A DNA stretch of 45,619 nt, filler included, from Catajapyx aquilonaris (taxonomy: Eukaryota): assembly GCA_000934665.2 (NCBI GenBank). It is 2 parts of 2 records of this genome, joined end to end, with 100 filler letters (N's around TTAATTAATTAA, not from the genome) between each part and the next. Parts side by side here need not be neighbours in the genome. Positions count along the whole stretch, not along the records: positions 22,890 to 45,619 come from JYFJ02005822.1; 1 more part is not named here. One strand, 5' to 3'. The stretch's first letter is position 1; every line of letters begins with the position of its first letter. Under the pieces are notes generated by a model that did not search any database, was not told the origin of the DNA, and saw only the letters and a list, made by a program, of their open reading frames with translations. Positions 34,001-45,065 of the stretch are shown here, in pieces. The translations under genes were made by a program, and so were the position numbers.

Positions 34001-37000
34001 TGTAGTAGTAATAATAATAACAGTAATAATAATGTTTGTGCACCGCCCATTTGATAGGCATTTGGCATGGTACCTTTATTTGATTTTTAGGTGTACAAGC
34101 TTTGTTGGCCCTTTTCCATAACACCCGGGTACCGGGAGCAAGGGGGGATGAGTGGGAGTGCATGTGCAATGTCGTTGCTATGGTCATTTTGTGAACTTCC
34201 CCAGGTGGTTAGTCTGAAGGAATCCCACTCAAGATGACCCCAAACTCTGCATGAGATGAATGGGGGAATGCCCAGGCTGTTGGGATCGAACCCTCGGGAC
34301 CCTTACATCCGTGGGCACATACATTACCGCAGCGCCACTCCGCCTCCCCATCACAGATATTGAGCACCCCTCTCCTAATGTGTGTGTGACAAAATTGCAA
34401 GCATGGGTCGGAAGTTGTACCTTGATGTGTTCCCCTTTCTTGATCTGGGTTGCTGCTCGAAGGACAAGTGTGTGATCGAGATTGAAACTGCGGTGTGTGT
34501 TGGCCACGCAGTTATGTTCAGGCAGACTGGCATATGGATAGAGACCTTGGACGTTGTATGTTGGCATTCGGATCTCATATGAGTTGACATCCAGGACAGC
34601 ACCAATCAAGTGAAGCTCATTCTCAGGAAAGTCTTCTTCTGTGATCCCTGAAGAAATACAAGTGTGTCACAGATAGTTGCTGGTTGGGAGAATGTCCACC
34701 AATGTTCTTGATGCCCATCACTCGCACCAAATACAGTACGCAGGATAAAGATGAGCAGCTCAGTGTGGGCAAAGAGATCAGAGTAACGCCTTTTGTCCAT
34801 GTGTCCTTCCATGTTGAGAATATGAGACCATTTCTCCGGCTCAGAGCCCTTGAGATATAGGCATCTAAGGAAAATGACGCACTCATAGTTGATGTTTTCA
34901 GGCTCCTCATTGTCAATCACCACCTTGTGGAGAAATAAAAATGAGCTTCACCATATGAAAAACCCTTACCAACAAAAGAAATACCTGTCGTCCAGTTATG
35001 CGTGCCATTTGACACTCAGGAGTGTGGTTCAAGCTGTCGCAACATTCCTGGCTACACATGGGCCAACCGCATTCATGAAGGTCCTCAATCTCCACTGGCC
35101 CATAGCAACTAAGGCAAATGGGAGGTGAACCTCTCTGTGGCCCAGTGACCAGAGGCCTGTCTTCCAGAATCAATTCCCCCTTCTGCAGGTCACGAGCTGC
35201 CACAAGGTAGCGGCCCAATTCAGGGCTGCAATTAATTTTAAAGGGGCACGTTGGGTCTAAAGTGGGGTCCACTAATGCAGTTTCCTGGCTAGTGGCCATG
35301 TCACCGGCACGTTCGTTGAAGAAAGCTAACAGACTGGGGATGCAGCTTAGAAGCAGCCAGTTGCCTAGCATGACTTTTTTTTTAAAGATAAAAATAGCTA
35401 TCTTGGCAGTTCCACTGCCGGATTATAAATAAATGGGGCAAAGTTGGCCAAGTTGGCAGGTTCTGAGCATTTGGAAACTTGTGTTTCCCCGAAGTACATG
35501 CCAAGAGGTTCTTGACACAGACTGGGGGTTTTTATGTCCTTGACCCTTCTGATTATATATTGGAAATTCATCATAGGCCTATTATTATATTGCATATGGA
35601 CCCATGCAGGAATCCCTTAAATAATTGGCTTTTTCTGTCCCAGAGTTGATGTGATGTCCAGTGGGAAGGATTTTTAGCATGACCAATATTAATTAAATTA
35701 AAAACCTAACTTTCAGTGTGATAATCATTACAGCTAGGATGCTTTAGGGCAGAAGTTCCCAAACTTTTTGAGTCGCGGAGCACTTTTCAGGAGAGATATT
35801 CGTGATGGAGCACTAACATCATCGACGGCGTAAGCAGAAAAAAATTCTGGGGTGGAGGGTGGGGGGGGGGGCAGCACCAAATTAGTAAATGGGAAGGTGA
35901 GGGGCGAAATTTTTTGGGGTCCAAGGTCACACAAGCTACTGAGAGATTTGAATGGATATAGCTTATTGAAGAATTCCTTTTTTTCCCAACCTCTTCGCAG
36001 AGCACAGTTTGGGAAACTCGGCTCTAGGGTAAGTTGATCATTGACAGAGAGTTTAAGCAATGTTACGTTTGATTGCTAATGGTTCATAACAATTGCCAGC
36101 AACTGATAACATATGAGCAATTCCACGATAATGTCAACCGGGCAGGGGTTACAAAAAATTTATGGTAGGAGAAAATATATTGCTCTGAGTGTCAATTTGT
36201 TATATGAAAACACTGTTCTGGCAATTGACTCTGTGTAAGAAAGTGTCACAACCTCATATAATTCGCAGGAATTTCATATAATGTAGTAAACCCCTTCCTG
36301 TAAGGCTGTTTTACTTACGTATGTCCCGTCCCTAACGCGTACAGTAACCCTGCTTGTCATTTTGTGTGCATTTGAAAGTGGTCATTTAACACACTAGGTG
36401 AAAGTTCAGATCCTTCTTGTTCCCTGTGCCATTGGTATTACATTATCACTTGCATATTACATCGCAGGACCAGCGATCTGTCCCCACTTGCGCATGCGAT
36501 TGTCCCGTGCCTAACGCTGGAATTGCTCATATCTCGTATGTTAGACCTCCCTTCAACAATCTACCTTCAGTGGTGAAATGTGGCCTAAGATAGAAAATGG
36601 TGATGGAACTACAAGCACTTCCATGTCACCGATCGGGACAAAAATTATGTGATTGGTCAATTGTAGGCCAGGTATGAATATGTGGGAATCACAAGCGTCA
36701 CTGCTCGAGTAATTAGCAATTTAATGTGGCCCCGTAACCCCAGTGACGGGGATAGAGCACAGATTGGAACGTTCGAAACTAGTCAAGGTCGAGTAGCTCA
36801 GTTGGTAACGCTGTTGTTTAGAGATCAAAGATGTTCGCACTTGGTCTGGGACCCGTTTCCATTTTCGTTTTTTCCCCCCTTCATTTTCTTTTGTCTATTT
36901 CGTTTTTTTTCCTCCGTGTCTTTCTGTTTTACTCCTTTTCTTATGTCTACCAAGTAATTTCTTGACTTTTGCAAACAACCGACAGAAAACTTCGTTAGAT

Positions 37001-39770
37001 TTTTTTTTTCTCTCTCACTCTACATACCTACCAGCATAGGCCATTGGGTAACTATTTTTGGCACTCGGGTCGAAATGTTAGGTCAATTGCTGCCACGGGT
37101 AAGCAAGTGCCTGTCCTGCTTTGTAGTACTTTGTTACGGGAAGTATGAATTTGTAAGTCCCAACCAAGCAGTCAATAAACCGTACGGGTCTTTCCCTCAC
37201 AAGCCAGTCAGAGATGCGTTATATGAGCTCACTGGAGGGGAGGCGCTGTGGCTGAGATGGTAACGTCTCGGCTTGCTGTGCGAACGGTCCCGGGTTCGAA
37301 TCCCACCCGGGAGTTCCCTTTCGCCTGCGTCAGGAGGATCTCTGACCCGCGCCTTGGCTGAAGTTGACTTCGTTTTTTTTTATTCGTGCTTATTATTAAC
37401 AGCTCACTTCAATCATGCAGGATGCTCATATTTATTTATTTTATTTTAATACCCTGTAATAGGGCTCTGGGGCCCTTTTAGGGGGGTCGAATACCAGCAT
37501 CTTTTTTAAATAGATTTTTCTGACATTTTTTCTTCATCACATGTGCAGAGAAGAAAGCACATGAGATAGGGATGGGGATTTCTGGGGAGGAGACAAGGGT
37601 GCAGGTGCAATGTCTTAAACACTGGGCCATGTGCAGTTCCCCAGGAGGTTAGGTTGCCAGATGCCTCCAAGGTGCGGGTCAGAGATCCTCCTGATGCTGG
37701 CGAAAGGGAACTCCCGGGCGGGATTCAAACCCGGGACCTATCGCACAGCAAGCTGAGACATTACCATCTCAGCCACAGCACCTCCCCTCCAGTGAGCTCA
37801 TATAACGCGTCTCTGACTGGCTTGTGAGGGAAAGACCCGTACGGTTTATTGACTGCTTGGTTGGGACTTACAAATTAATACTTCCCGTAACAAAGGACTA
37901 CAAAGCGGGACAGGCACTTGCTTACCCGCAGCAGTAATTGACCTAACATTTCAACCCGAGTGCCAAAAATAGTTATCGAATGGTCTTTGCTGGTAGGTAT
38001 GTAGTAGAGTGAGAGAGAAAACAACAATCTAACGAAGTTTTCTGTCGGTCGTTTGCGAAAGTCAAGAAATTACTCGGTACACATAAGAAAAGGAGTAAAA
38101 AAGAAAGACACAGAAAAAAAATGAAATAGACAAAAGAAAAAGGAGAAGGGGGAAAAAAACGAAAATGGAAACCGGTCCCAGACCAGGTGCGAACTTACGA
38201 TCCTTTGATCTCTAAATATACCAACTGAGATACTCGACCTTGACTAGTTTTGAACGTTCCAATTCGCGCTCTTTCCCCCGTCACCGGGGTACGGGGCCAC
38301 ATTCAATTGCTAATTACTCGAAAATGCTTGAGCAGTGACGCTTGTGATTCCCACATATTCATACCTGGCCTACAATTGACCAATCACGTAATTTTTGTCC
38401 CGATCGGTGACATTGAAGTGCTCGTAGTTTCCTTGCTAGTGATGGATATGACCGTGGATATGACTAACCTTAATTGCTAGTTTTGTTGTTGGCATTGAGA
38501 TGTCAGTGCCCAAGTTCATATGCCTCGATTATATTTTTAAATTCCTTTTTTTTATGGCATGTGAGATGCATTGCAAGGACTACTCTTAAAATCCTCACAT
38601 TAGATCACATTCAGGATGGCCATTGCAAGTGTTTAGTTTTTTTTTACATGGAATGGGCATACATTTAATACAAGCTTTCATTATAGGAAGATGGTAGCTG
38701 GACTGTCACCCAAGGAGGTTACGCAGTCAGCAGTTGGTATAAGCATCTCCCTAGACAAGATAGTGTCAGTTCTTCGAGAGGAAGAAAACACCTTGTCTCC
38801 ACCAGCTGCAGAATTGGTGGTGTGTTCACTGGGTCAGTCATCTTTAACCAAAGAAAAGGCGTCTCTGGCCAGGGAGCTGTGGGCCTGTGGATTGAGGGCA
38901 GTGTTGTTGGATGTGGTCTTGAGCTTGGATGAAGTTCAAGACTCATGCCGAGAAATGGGTTGCATGCACTTGCTGCTTCTGAAGGATGGTGAGCTAGGAA
39001 CTGTGCGCATCCGCTCTTGGGAAAAGGACCGGTAAGGCATCAAGTTCTCAAGTTTTACTGCTTTGGTTTTGAAGGAGGGGTAAACTTACATCCATATTCT
39101 ACCAAGTATTGATACATGTGAAATATTGTTGATTAGGTTTCAAGAAAAGAAAATTGCTGTAACTGAAGCTGTAGATTACATACTGAAACAGCTACGACCA
39201 TCAGGAGATGTCTCAGATGCATGGGGAACCAACAATTCATCCTCACGCGCTGAAGCTATCCGGGCTTCAGGAGATGCTTCCTTGCCCTCTCCACGAGTAG
39301 TCTGTTCTATATTTACCAATTCCAAATTGAGTGCGAAAGAAAGGCGCCGATATGAAAATCAGGTAAGTGATGCATAATGTCCCATATTGAACTTTCCTCA
39401 TGCATTCATTTGTTTGCAGATCATTTCACATGTTACACCATCCCTCCAGCATTTTTCACCCCGTGTAGTGATTGAAGTGATGGGCCTGGATTTAGGTTCC
39501 CCTGTCATGAAGACTCTGGCGTCTCATTTAGAATTAGACACCATACAGGACTTCTGGTCTGGTGCTACCGAAGTCATGGAGAAGTATGTGTTTGTGCAAT
39601 AAAATAGTCATAAGAATATTTATGATTGGATTGCACATTTCAGGCATCCTCGCTATAGGAAGTACTTAAGCAAGATATGCGACAAGATCTGTGAGCTGCG
39701 GTTTGAAAAAGAATGCCCAGTCATCATCCTGTACTCTTTGCCTGACAACATGCACAGAATTCTCCTTTAG
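25186..39770 (+). CDS. Gcn2: eIF2-alpha kinase GCN2 (eIF2AK4), 5'-incomplete: kinase, HisRS-like and C-terminal domains
   Basis: Exons 25186-25678, 25743-25906, 25971-26144, 26198-26395, 26459-26615, 26669-27010, 27072-27465, 27542-27729, 27799-28029, 28306-28463, 38687-39031, 39137-39362, 39420-39583, 39644-39770. Motifs LGRGSFGDVVKVRNKLD, HENVVRYYNAWVE, YIQMEFCEKSTLR, HRDLKPVNIF, KIGDFGLAT, GTALYVAPE and HisRS-like AAGGRYD. Confidence 0.95.
28568..35299 (-). CDS. Arthropod SmydA-type (msta-like) SET/MYND protein, about 497 aa, nested antisense in a GCN2 intron
   Basis: Exons 35299-34985, 34923-34728, 34647-34421, 31491-30990, 28893-28775 and 28702-28568 join in frame. Motifs LGRYLVAARDLQKGELILED, MYND-like CLSC..CGWPMCSQEC..H..EC, DVNSYE, EHNCVANT, VNYTD, post-SET FFDCKCERCKDPTE. 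Start could be the ATG at 35371. Confidence 0.9.
29328..30179. mobile_element. Tc1/mariner-type MITE with ~190-bp inverted arms
   Basis: TA|CAGGGTGGCCACGAAGTAAG ... CTTACTTTGTGAACATCCTG; arms about 29328-29522 and 29996-30179. Confidence 0.8.
29539..29819. mobile_element. Small MITE nested in the previous MITE
   Basis: TIR AGTTCTGCTATA...CCTAGAGGAGGTACTC / GAGTACCTCCTCTAGG...TATAGCAGAACT; internal direct repeat CCGCCATCTTGTTGGAGGTAATATTGTTG. Confidence 0.8.
31527..32020 (-). mobile_element. tRNA-derived SINE family S3 with long (AAT)n tail
   Basis: Minus head GGGGAAGGTGCGGTGGCCGAGATGGTAACGTCTCAGCTTGC...GGTTGTAATCCC; matches 37236-37357 and 37430-37789. Confidence 0.8.
32021..32280. repeat. 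Compound (AAT)n/(AGT)n microsatellite between two back-to-back SINE heads
   Basis: Directly visible. Confidence 0.95.
32282..32658 (+). mobile_element. SINE family S2, full length
   Basis: Head GGGGAGGCGGAGTGGCGCTGCAGTAA, B box GGTTCGATCCC, S2 core, (TTA)n tail. Confidence 0.85.
32657..33950 (+). mobile_element. Two tandem 5'-truncated RTE-clade LINE 3' fragments (32657-32990 and 33040-33950)
   Basis: Frameshifted RT C-terminus KTKV...YLGS...LMYGSEAW...EMRYLR...DRIRNE...LRWFGHVERM; both copies end CCCTTCATCGCTGACTACCCC..AGGGAAATGTC plus (GTT)n. Confidence 0.88.
33955..34349 (-). mobile_element. SINE family S2, minus-strand copy
   Basis: Minus head GGGGAGGCGGAGTGGCGCTGCGGTAATGTATG, GGTTCGATCCC, S2 core, (ATT)n tail. 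Confidence 0.8.
37236..37357 (+). mobile_element. SINE family S3 head, 3'-truncated, at the inner end of the left arm
   Basis: TGGCTGAGATGG A box, GGTTCGAATCCC B box. Confidence 0.8.
37430..37789 (-). mobile_element. SINE family S3, full length, spanning the spacer and right arm
   Basis: Minus head GAGGGGAGGTGCTGTGGCTGAGATGG; body matches 31700-32020; A-rich tail. Confidence 0.8.
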
Positions 39771-40215
39771 TACTTATGCTTCTGAAAGCTGGCAGCTGTT
39801 GGGTTTTTTGGAAAAGCTAGTTATCATGAAGTACTGGTATTATGTGACAGGATATAAAGCATGTGGGTGGTGAAATTTGTTGCCTGTGATAAGCATAATT
39901 TTTATAATGTTATGGAATAAGTCAGCTCTCCGCAGAGAGAGAGTAAATTTCAGTACCCACACAAATGATGTTCTTTGTCATCATAAGAAGTAGGGAGGGA
40001 GGGAGGTGATATGAAGAATATGTTTTAGTTTTTTTAAATGTGAGTCTCTTTGTAACATACATGGATAAGAAACAGTCTCAAGGAGTGCCATAACTTATGG
40101 AAGAAACCTTGAGTCAATAGGACAATGAGAGGCATTTCTGTAATTTATTTTTTTGCAATGTTTTGGAGTAATAAATTACTGGAAATTATGGATACCTTTT
40201 AGACTTTTTTGAGGG

Positions 40216-40710
40216 AAAAAAGTCTTATAGAACTGCTCAGTCTGTCTGTAGACATGTATCAGACAGACAGAGCTGTGCTATAAGACTTTTTTTTCCGATT
40301 TTCGGGTTCCGGGTTCACTCTATCCGCACAAGTCACCTTCACCACCCCTTCCCCCTGGCTGCCCCCTCCCCCCACCACCCCCTACCCCTGACCGCCCATT
40401 CTCCCCAGACTGTCCCTTCCCCCCTGACATCCCAGTTCCCCCACCGCCCCCTCCCCCAGATCACCTGTTTCCCCCTCCCTCCTCCTACCCCCCGTTACCT
40501 GTCCACAGATGGACGGACAGACAGAGACTTGCTATATGACTTTTTCCGATGGATGAGAAAAGGTCTAAAAGATGGGTTTGCTAGGATATATTTTTTAAAT
40601 GGGAAAGGGGTGGTCTGGGGGTAGGAGGAGGGTTGGAGAAAAGGGTGATCTGGGGGAGGGAGCAGTGAGGGGACTGGGAGGTCAGGGGGTAGGGGGTGGT
40701 GGGGGAATGA
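40216..40710. repeat. Hairpin plus (GTCY)n motifs and inverted C-rich/G-rich blocks; DINE-1/Helentron-like relic
   Basis: Hairpin 40216-40292; related AAAAAGTCATATAGCAA..TCTGTCTGTCCGTCC on the minus strand near 40510-40545; CCCCAGATCACC / GGTGATCTGGGG inverted pair. Confidence 0.5.
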
Positions 40711-41579
40711 GGCACAGGTGGCATAATACACAACATGCAGGTTGACATCAACAACAATGCTACAGTCATTAGCCTACTTGAAAGAATGAGCGAAAGTCTA
40801 CTCTAATCACGCTCCATGATTTGCCAAACTTGTTTATTTTTAACAGTGCATATGATGGTCAGTGAATCATGTACTAAAAGGATGAGGAGGGCAGCATCAT
40901 GAATGTTATTAAGATAGATGTCAAAATGAAGCGAAGTGAGAGAAAAACTCAATTGTATCCAGTTCTTCTCCACCAAGTGATGTGGTTTTTGTGTGGCTCT
41001 TTCACATATACCTTTAGGGAAAAATAATTTCCTTACAACAAAAAGTTGTAATAATCAGGCTGAAAAATTTTGCTGGTGCCATCATTTTCTGCACCTTAGG
41101 GAAAAAAGCCCACAAAAAAGAACCGTTGGCCTTGACCTTTCCATTTTAGCATAGGGCTACCCTCAAACTTCATCAATATATTTTACCCAAAAGTTAATTC
41201 AATGAGACTAGAATTGACAAGCTCGAAATCAAAAGCAGGAGAGGAGAAAAACCTGTCATCTGGAAACTGTTGCAAACTGAAAGTAGCTGATAGGGGGAGT
41301 CATGAGATTGCATTTTTATGCATTTTTAAAAGTAAGTTTTGAAAATCGTGAATTGGTATTATATCCGCTTTGGAGGTCAGTTTGGATCTAGCTGGTTTTG
41401 CTTGAAAAAAAATATGTTTTTTCCACAGAAATTATTTTTTAAGAATAATATGGAGACTGTTAAGATGAGGATTCCGCTACTCATGAGACAGTCTCGTGTA
41501 TATGTTTCATATAGATACGAAAAAACCTCACTTTTAACACATTTAACATTATGGGAAAATTTATCGCATTGGAGCTGGC

Positions 41580-41995
41580 TTGTTTTGTACCAGCCCCCAG
41601 ACACTCTCCCTCTTTTCGTGTGAGCTTCGTTGATCTCTCCCACCGAGGGGGGTTGGCCACGGGCGCCGGGCGGCGCTAGGATCATGCACCAAGCGGCGCT
41701 AGGATCATGCACCAAGATGGTTAGTGGAGCCTTAACCTGGCAGCCACCTCAGAACCATTTCGGTCGACTCTGATTGGCTGGAGTAGTATAGGAGGCCTTT
41801 AAGACTCCAGCCAGTCAGAGTTGACTGAAATAATTCAGAATTGCCCTGTTAGGGAAGGCACCACCATCTCAGTGCGTGATCCTAGCGCCGCCCGTGGCCA
41901 ACTCCCCTCGGTGGGTGGGGGAGATCAGCTAAGCTCATGGGGAGAGGAATGTACTGCTGTAGGGAGTGACTGGGGGCTGTTTTGTACACAAACAT
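41580..41995. mobile_element. Palindromic (foldback) MITE
   Basis: Symmetric about 41790: GACTCTGATTGGCTGGAGT / ACTCCAGCCAGTCAGAGT, GGGCGGCGCTAGGATCA / TGATCCTAGCGCCGCCC, CAGCCCCCAG / CTGGGGGCTG. Confidence 0.8.
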
Positions 41996-43106
41996 GGATC
42001 TAGTTGCTTTATCATGCAGAAAACATACTTTATGGCTTGTATCTAGTTGTTTTTGCTTAGGACATGCATTTTTGGAGCCATTTTACACCCATTTATATGT
42101 GGTTGTGCTAAACCATATTTGGGTACTGGTTAGAGGACATCATGGCCACTTCGAACTCATTTTTTCCCACGGTCGGATCTAGCTGCTTTTGCTTGGAAGC
42201 TCCTCAATTGGTTTTGCATGTAATTCAGTTGTTAAAACTGCTGACATATTTTGCATGAGTCTGTGAACTGAGATGTTCCCATCCTTGTAATACCTCCAGC
42301 TTTCTTATTGCAGGTTTCCACCTTGCATTTCATTCCTACTACCCCCAACTTGCCATCCTCGCAGTCCAATGCATGTGTCCTGCTTCCTCCCTCACAATCA
42401 AGGATAAAATCGCCCAAAGGAAGCTTACCAGCTTGCAAGACATTGCCAGTAGGATGTTGTTTCTTATGTTATAGCATATCCTATGGAATTTTCCTTGTAT
42501 TACACATACCAGGTCAGAGGGGACCACCATACACTGCTGAGGGTATGGGTTGAATGGAAATCTAACAGTGTAAAAACTTGTTTTTAATGGCTTCAAAATG
42601 CTGATGATAATTCTACTCTCAGTACTTCATCTAATGGATGCCTAAAACCTCGCACAAGCAGAGAGAGAATCCTTTGCCCTCCACAGTGCAAACTGCCATA
42701 GCCTCGCAAATAAGTGAGAGATGCAGGCTTTGAATGTACTTACTACGTTCTTAACTCATCAATGGCAACACGAGCAAGGTGTTTTTTTCTTCCACTTCCC
42801 AAATTGTGCAAAAATAACAAAATGATACCCATGGAATTAGCTTCAAGTCCCAACAGCTTTTAAACATGACCTTCCTCTTTTGTGTACCTTTGTTACCCTT
42901 GTTAGTAAAATGTTGTGGGTTCAGCCAGAACAACATTATTTGTATCTTGACTGGCCAATAGAATCATCAGGAGATGAGTTGATGCTTGCTTGCATCTCAG
43001 TTCAATTCTGCCTTGATCATCTCCATATTCAGGCTGTAATGATAAAATGTAATGCAGTTACATCAGTGATATGTGCTCTTCAGGAAGAAAGAAAGTGAAA
43101 ACCTAC

Positions 43107-43425
43107 TTCCATAGCAGCTTGAAAGGCATTTTTTGCTGTGTCTATAGCCCACAGCAGCCTTTGATGTAGGGTCCTGTAGTGCTGCAATTTCTTTTCTTGT
43201 GCAAGGACTTCCAGGAGTAAAGTGTCTCTCTGCTGTGTTTGTGTATATAAGAAATTTCGCGCTTTTTCCAGTGTTTCCCTTGATGTCTGTTGCAATGCTT
43301 TTTCATTAATCAAATTGTTCTGCAGTGCTTTAGTTGTGTCCAGCTGCTGCGAAAAGGATGAGTATTTCTCCATCAAGAACATCTGCGTCTGAAAAGACAG
43401 GTGAAGTTCATTTAATTCTAGCATC
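43107..43425 (-). CDS. Candidate internal exon encoding a coiled-coil segment of an unidentified gene
   Basis: Acceptor CCCTACCCAG, donor GAA|GTAGGT, Leu/Gln/Glu/Lys heptad-like ORF; neighbouring exons could not be joined confidently. Confidence 0.4.
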
Positions 43426-43539
43426 CTGGGTAGGGTTGAAGAGAATGGCAATGTTGACGCATAAATCACATGGAGGAACATGGAAACTATGGAAGGTTGT
43501 GATAATTATGCTGTTTATAAGAAGATGATGGATGTTGTG

Positions 43540-43849
43540 TGGGAACGCATTGGTTTAGCGGTCATGCCTCTGGCCAGCCAAGTTGGAGCTTCAGGGTTCC
43601 AGTCCCTTCCAAAGCGGCACCTTCACTTGGTTGTGTCTTTTGTTACTTTTCTACTTCTGTGTCTGGGCTGCACTTCTTTACTGCCCAGGGCCATGCGAAA
43701 AGGTTGGGTGCTGTAGATGGTCCAAAAGGACCTGTAAACTACCACGGAGTTCCCTACCCTGGGAACCTTGTGCCTTCCATAGGCAAAGTTTCACAATAAC
43801 TTTGTATGACCACATGTTTTATAAAGACTTGTGTTTTTTATTTTTATTT

Positions 43850-43921
<72 letters not shown>
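43540..43921 (+). mobile_element. Possible old tRNA-derived SINE with (TTA)n tail
   Basis: TGGTTTAGCGG and GGTTCCAGTCCC resemble A/B boxes; (TTA)n at 43852-43921. Confidence 0.4.
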
Positions 43922-43924
<3 letters not shown>

Positions 43925-44171
43925 GGCTATTGTGGTACCAGTATGCATAATAATTTATCATGAAGATAGACTGACTTCTATTGTCACATCCCTCTCATAG
44001 GCAAGCTAAAATTGGTTATAAGAACTGACATCACTGGTTTTTGTTTTGGGTCTCAGTGGTTTGTTCTAAAGCACTGGTCAGCTATAGGCATGGGACATAG
44101 ACAGACTATAAATTATACAGGGTCATCGAAAAAGAATGTCCCAATTAAAAAACCCTATAACTCGAAAACTT

Positions 44172-44468
44172 GCACCAAAGCAGGTTGGTGTAGTGGTTAG
44201 CCTAAGGAGTCCGACTGCTAATCGGGAGGCCCTGGGTTCGATTCACGGGGCCGGCGATCCTGATCGTGGTCTCCTGTGGTTTTCCATGGTCCCCCCCAGG
44301 ATAATTCCGGGATCGCTTCCATACAATAGGCCACAGCCGCTTCCTTCCTTCCCTGTCCTTGGCCCCATCCATGTGAGGAAGATTTCAGAAAGATTAAGCG
44401 GTGAAATGGTGGTATTCCACCCCCCTAATGGAGCGCCGATTCTCCCAATGGGGTAATATAAATAAATA
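44172..44468 (+). mobile_element. SINE family S1, second copy
   Basis: TGGTGTAGTGGTTAG, GACTGCTAATCGG, GGTTCGATTC, AGGCCACAGCCGCTTCCTTCC; head and core match 13513-13690. Confidence 0.85.
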
Positions 44469-45065
44469 CAGTAAAACTTCTATAAGTAGAACTTCCCTAA
44501 GTCGAAGTTCTCTATAAGTCGAAGAAAATGATGAGCTTGGTTGGTCACAATGTAAAAGAATAGGAAATAGACTTCCCTAACTAGAATTTCTATAACTCGA
44601 AGTGCAGGCAGGGCCTTACAATGGGATATCAATGCACTTTCAGTCTCCCTAAGTCGAAGTTCATGTTGGCGAGTACGGAAAATTTTCTCATTTCCCAGGT
44701 GAAGGGTCGAGAGTGGGCCAACATGCACAGAAAGGCTCAATTTCCTGATCTCCGTCTACCAGATGTACCGAAAGAAGTGTTTGACTCGATTGTGACAATT
44801 TATTGAATCCTTGAATCTAAGAGTAGGCAAATGTCCATAACAGAGTTTGTTTTTTTTACAACAAAACAACTAGGAACATTGTAAGTGTGATAGTGACAGT
44901 TATTTTAAAGTTTTGAACACCTTTCGTAACTGGATATAAAGTTAGGCTTCCTTATCAAGTTGTGTGCTTAAAAAAAGCCAAACTTCTCTAACTGGAGTCT
45001 TCGTCTGTAACTGGAAGTTTTATTCCGGTCCCATGGAGATTCGACTTATTTTCGAGTAACAAATG
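44469..45065. mobile_element. Tigger/pogo-like DNA transposon remnant
   Basis: TA|CAGTAAAACTTCTATAAGT with repeated TAAGTCGAA/TAACTCGAA motifs; right-end-like GGTCCCATGGAGATTCGACTTAT near 45030-45050. A separate TACAGGGTCATC mariner-like end lies at 44115-44170. Confidence 0.55.

Larger units (their letters stand above)
36605..38432. repeat. Long inverted duplication: arms 36605-37357 and 37667-38432, spacer about 310 bp
   Basis: Arms are reverse complements throughout, e.g. ATGTCACCGATCGGGACAAAAATTA / TAATTTTTGTCCCGATCGGTGACAT and CAGTCAATAAACCGTACGGGTC / GACCCGTACGGTTTATTGACTG. Confidence 0.92.
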
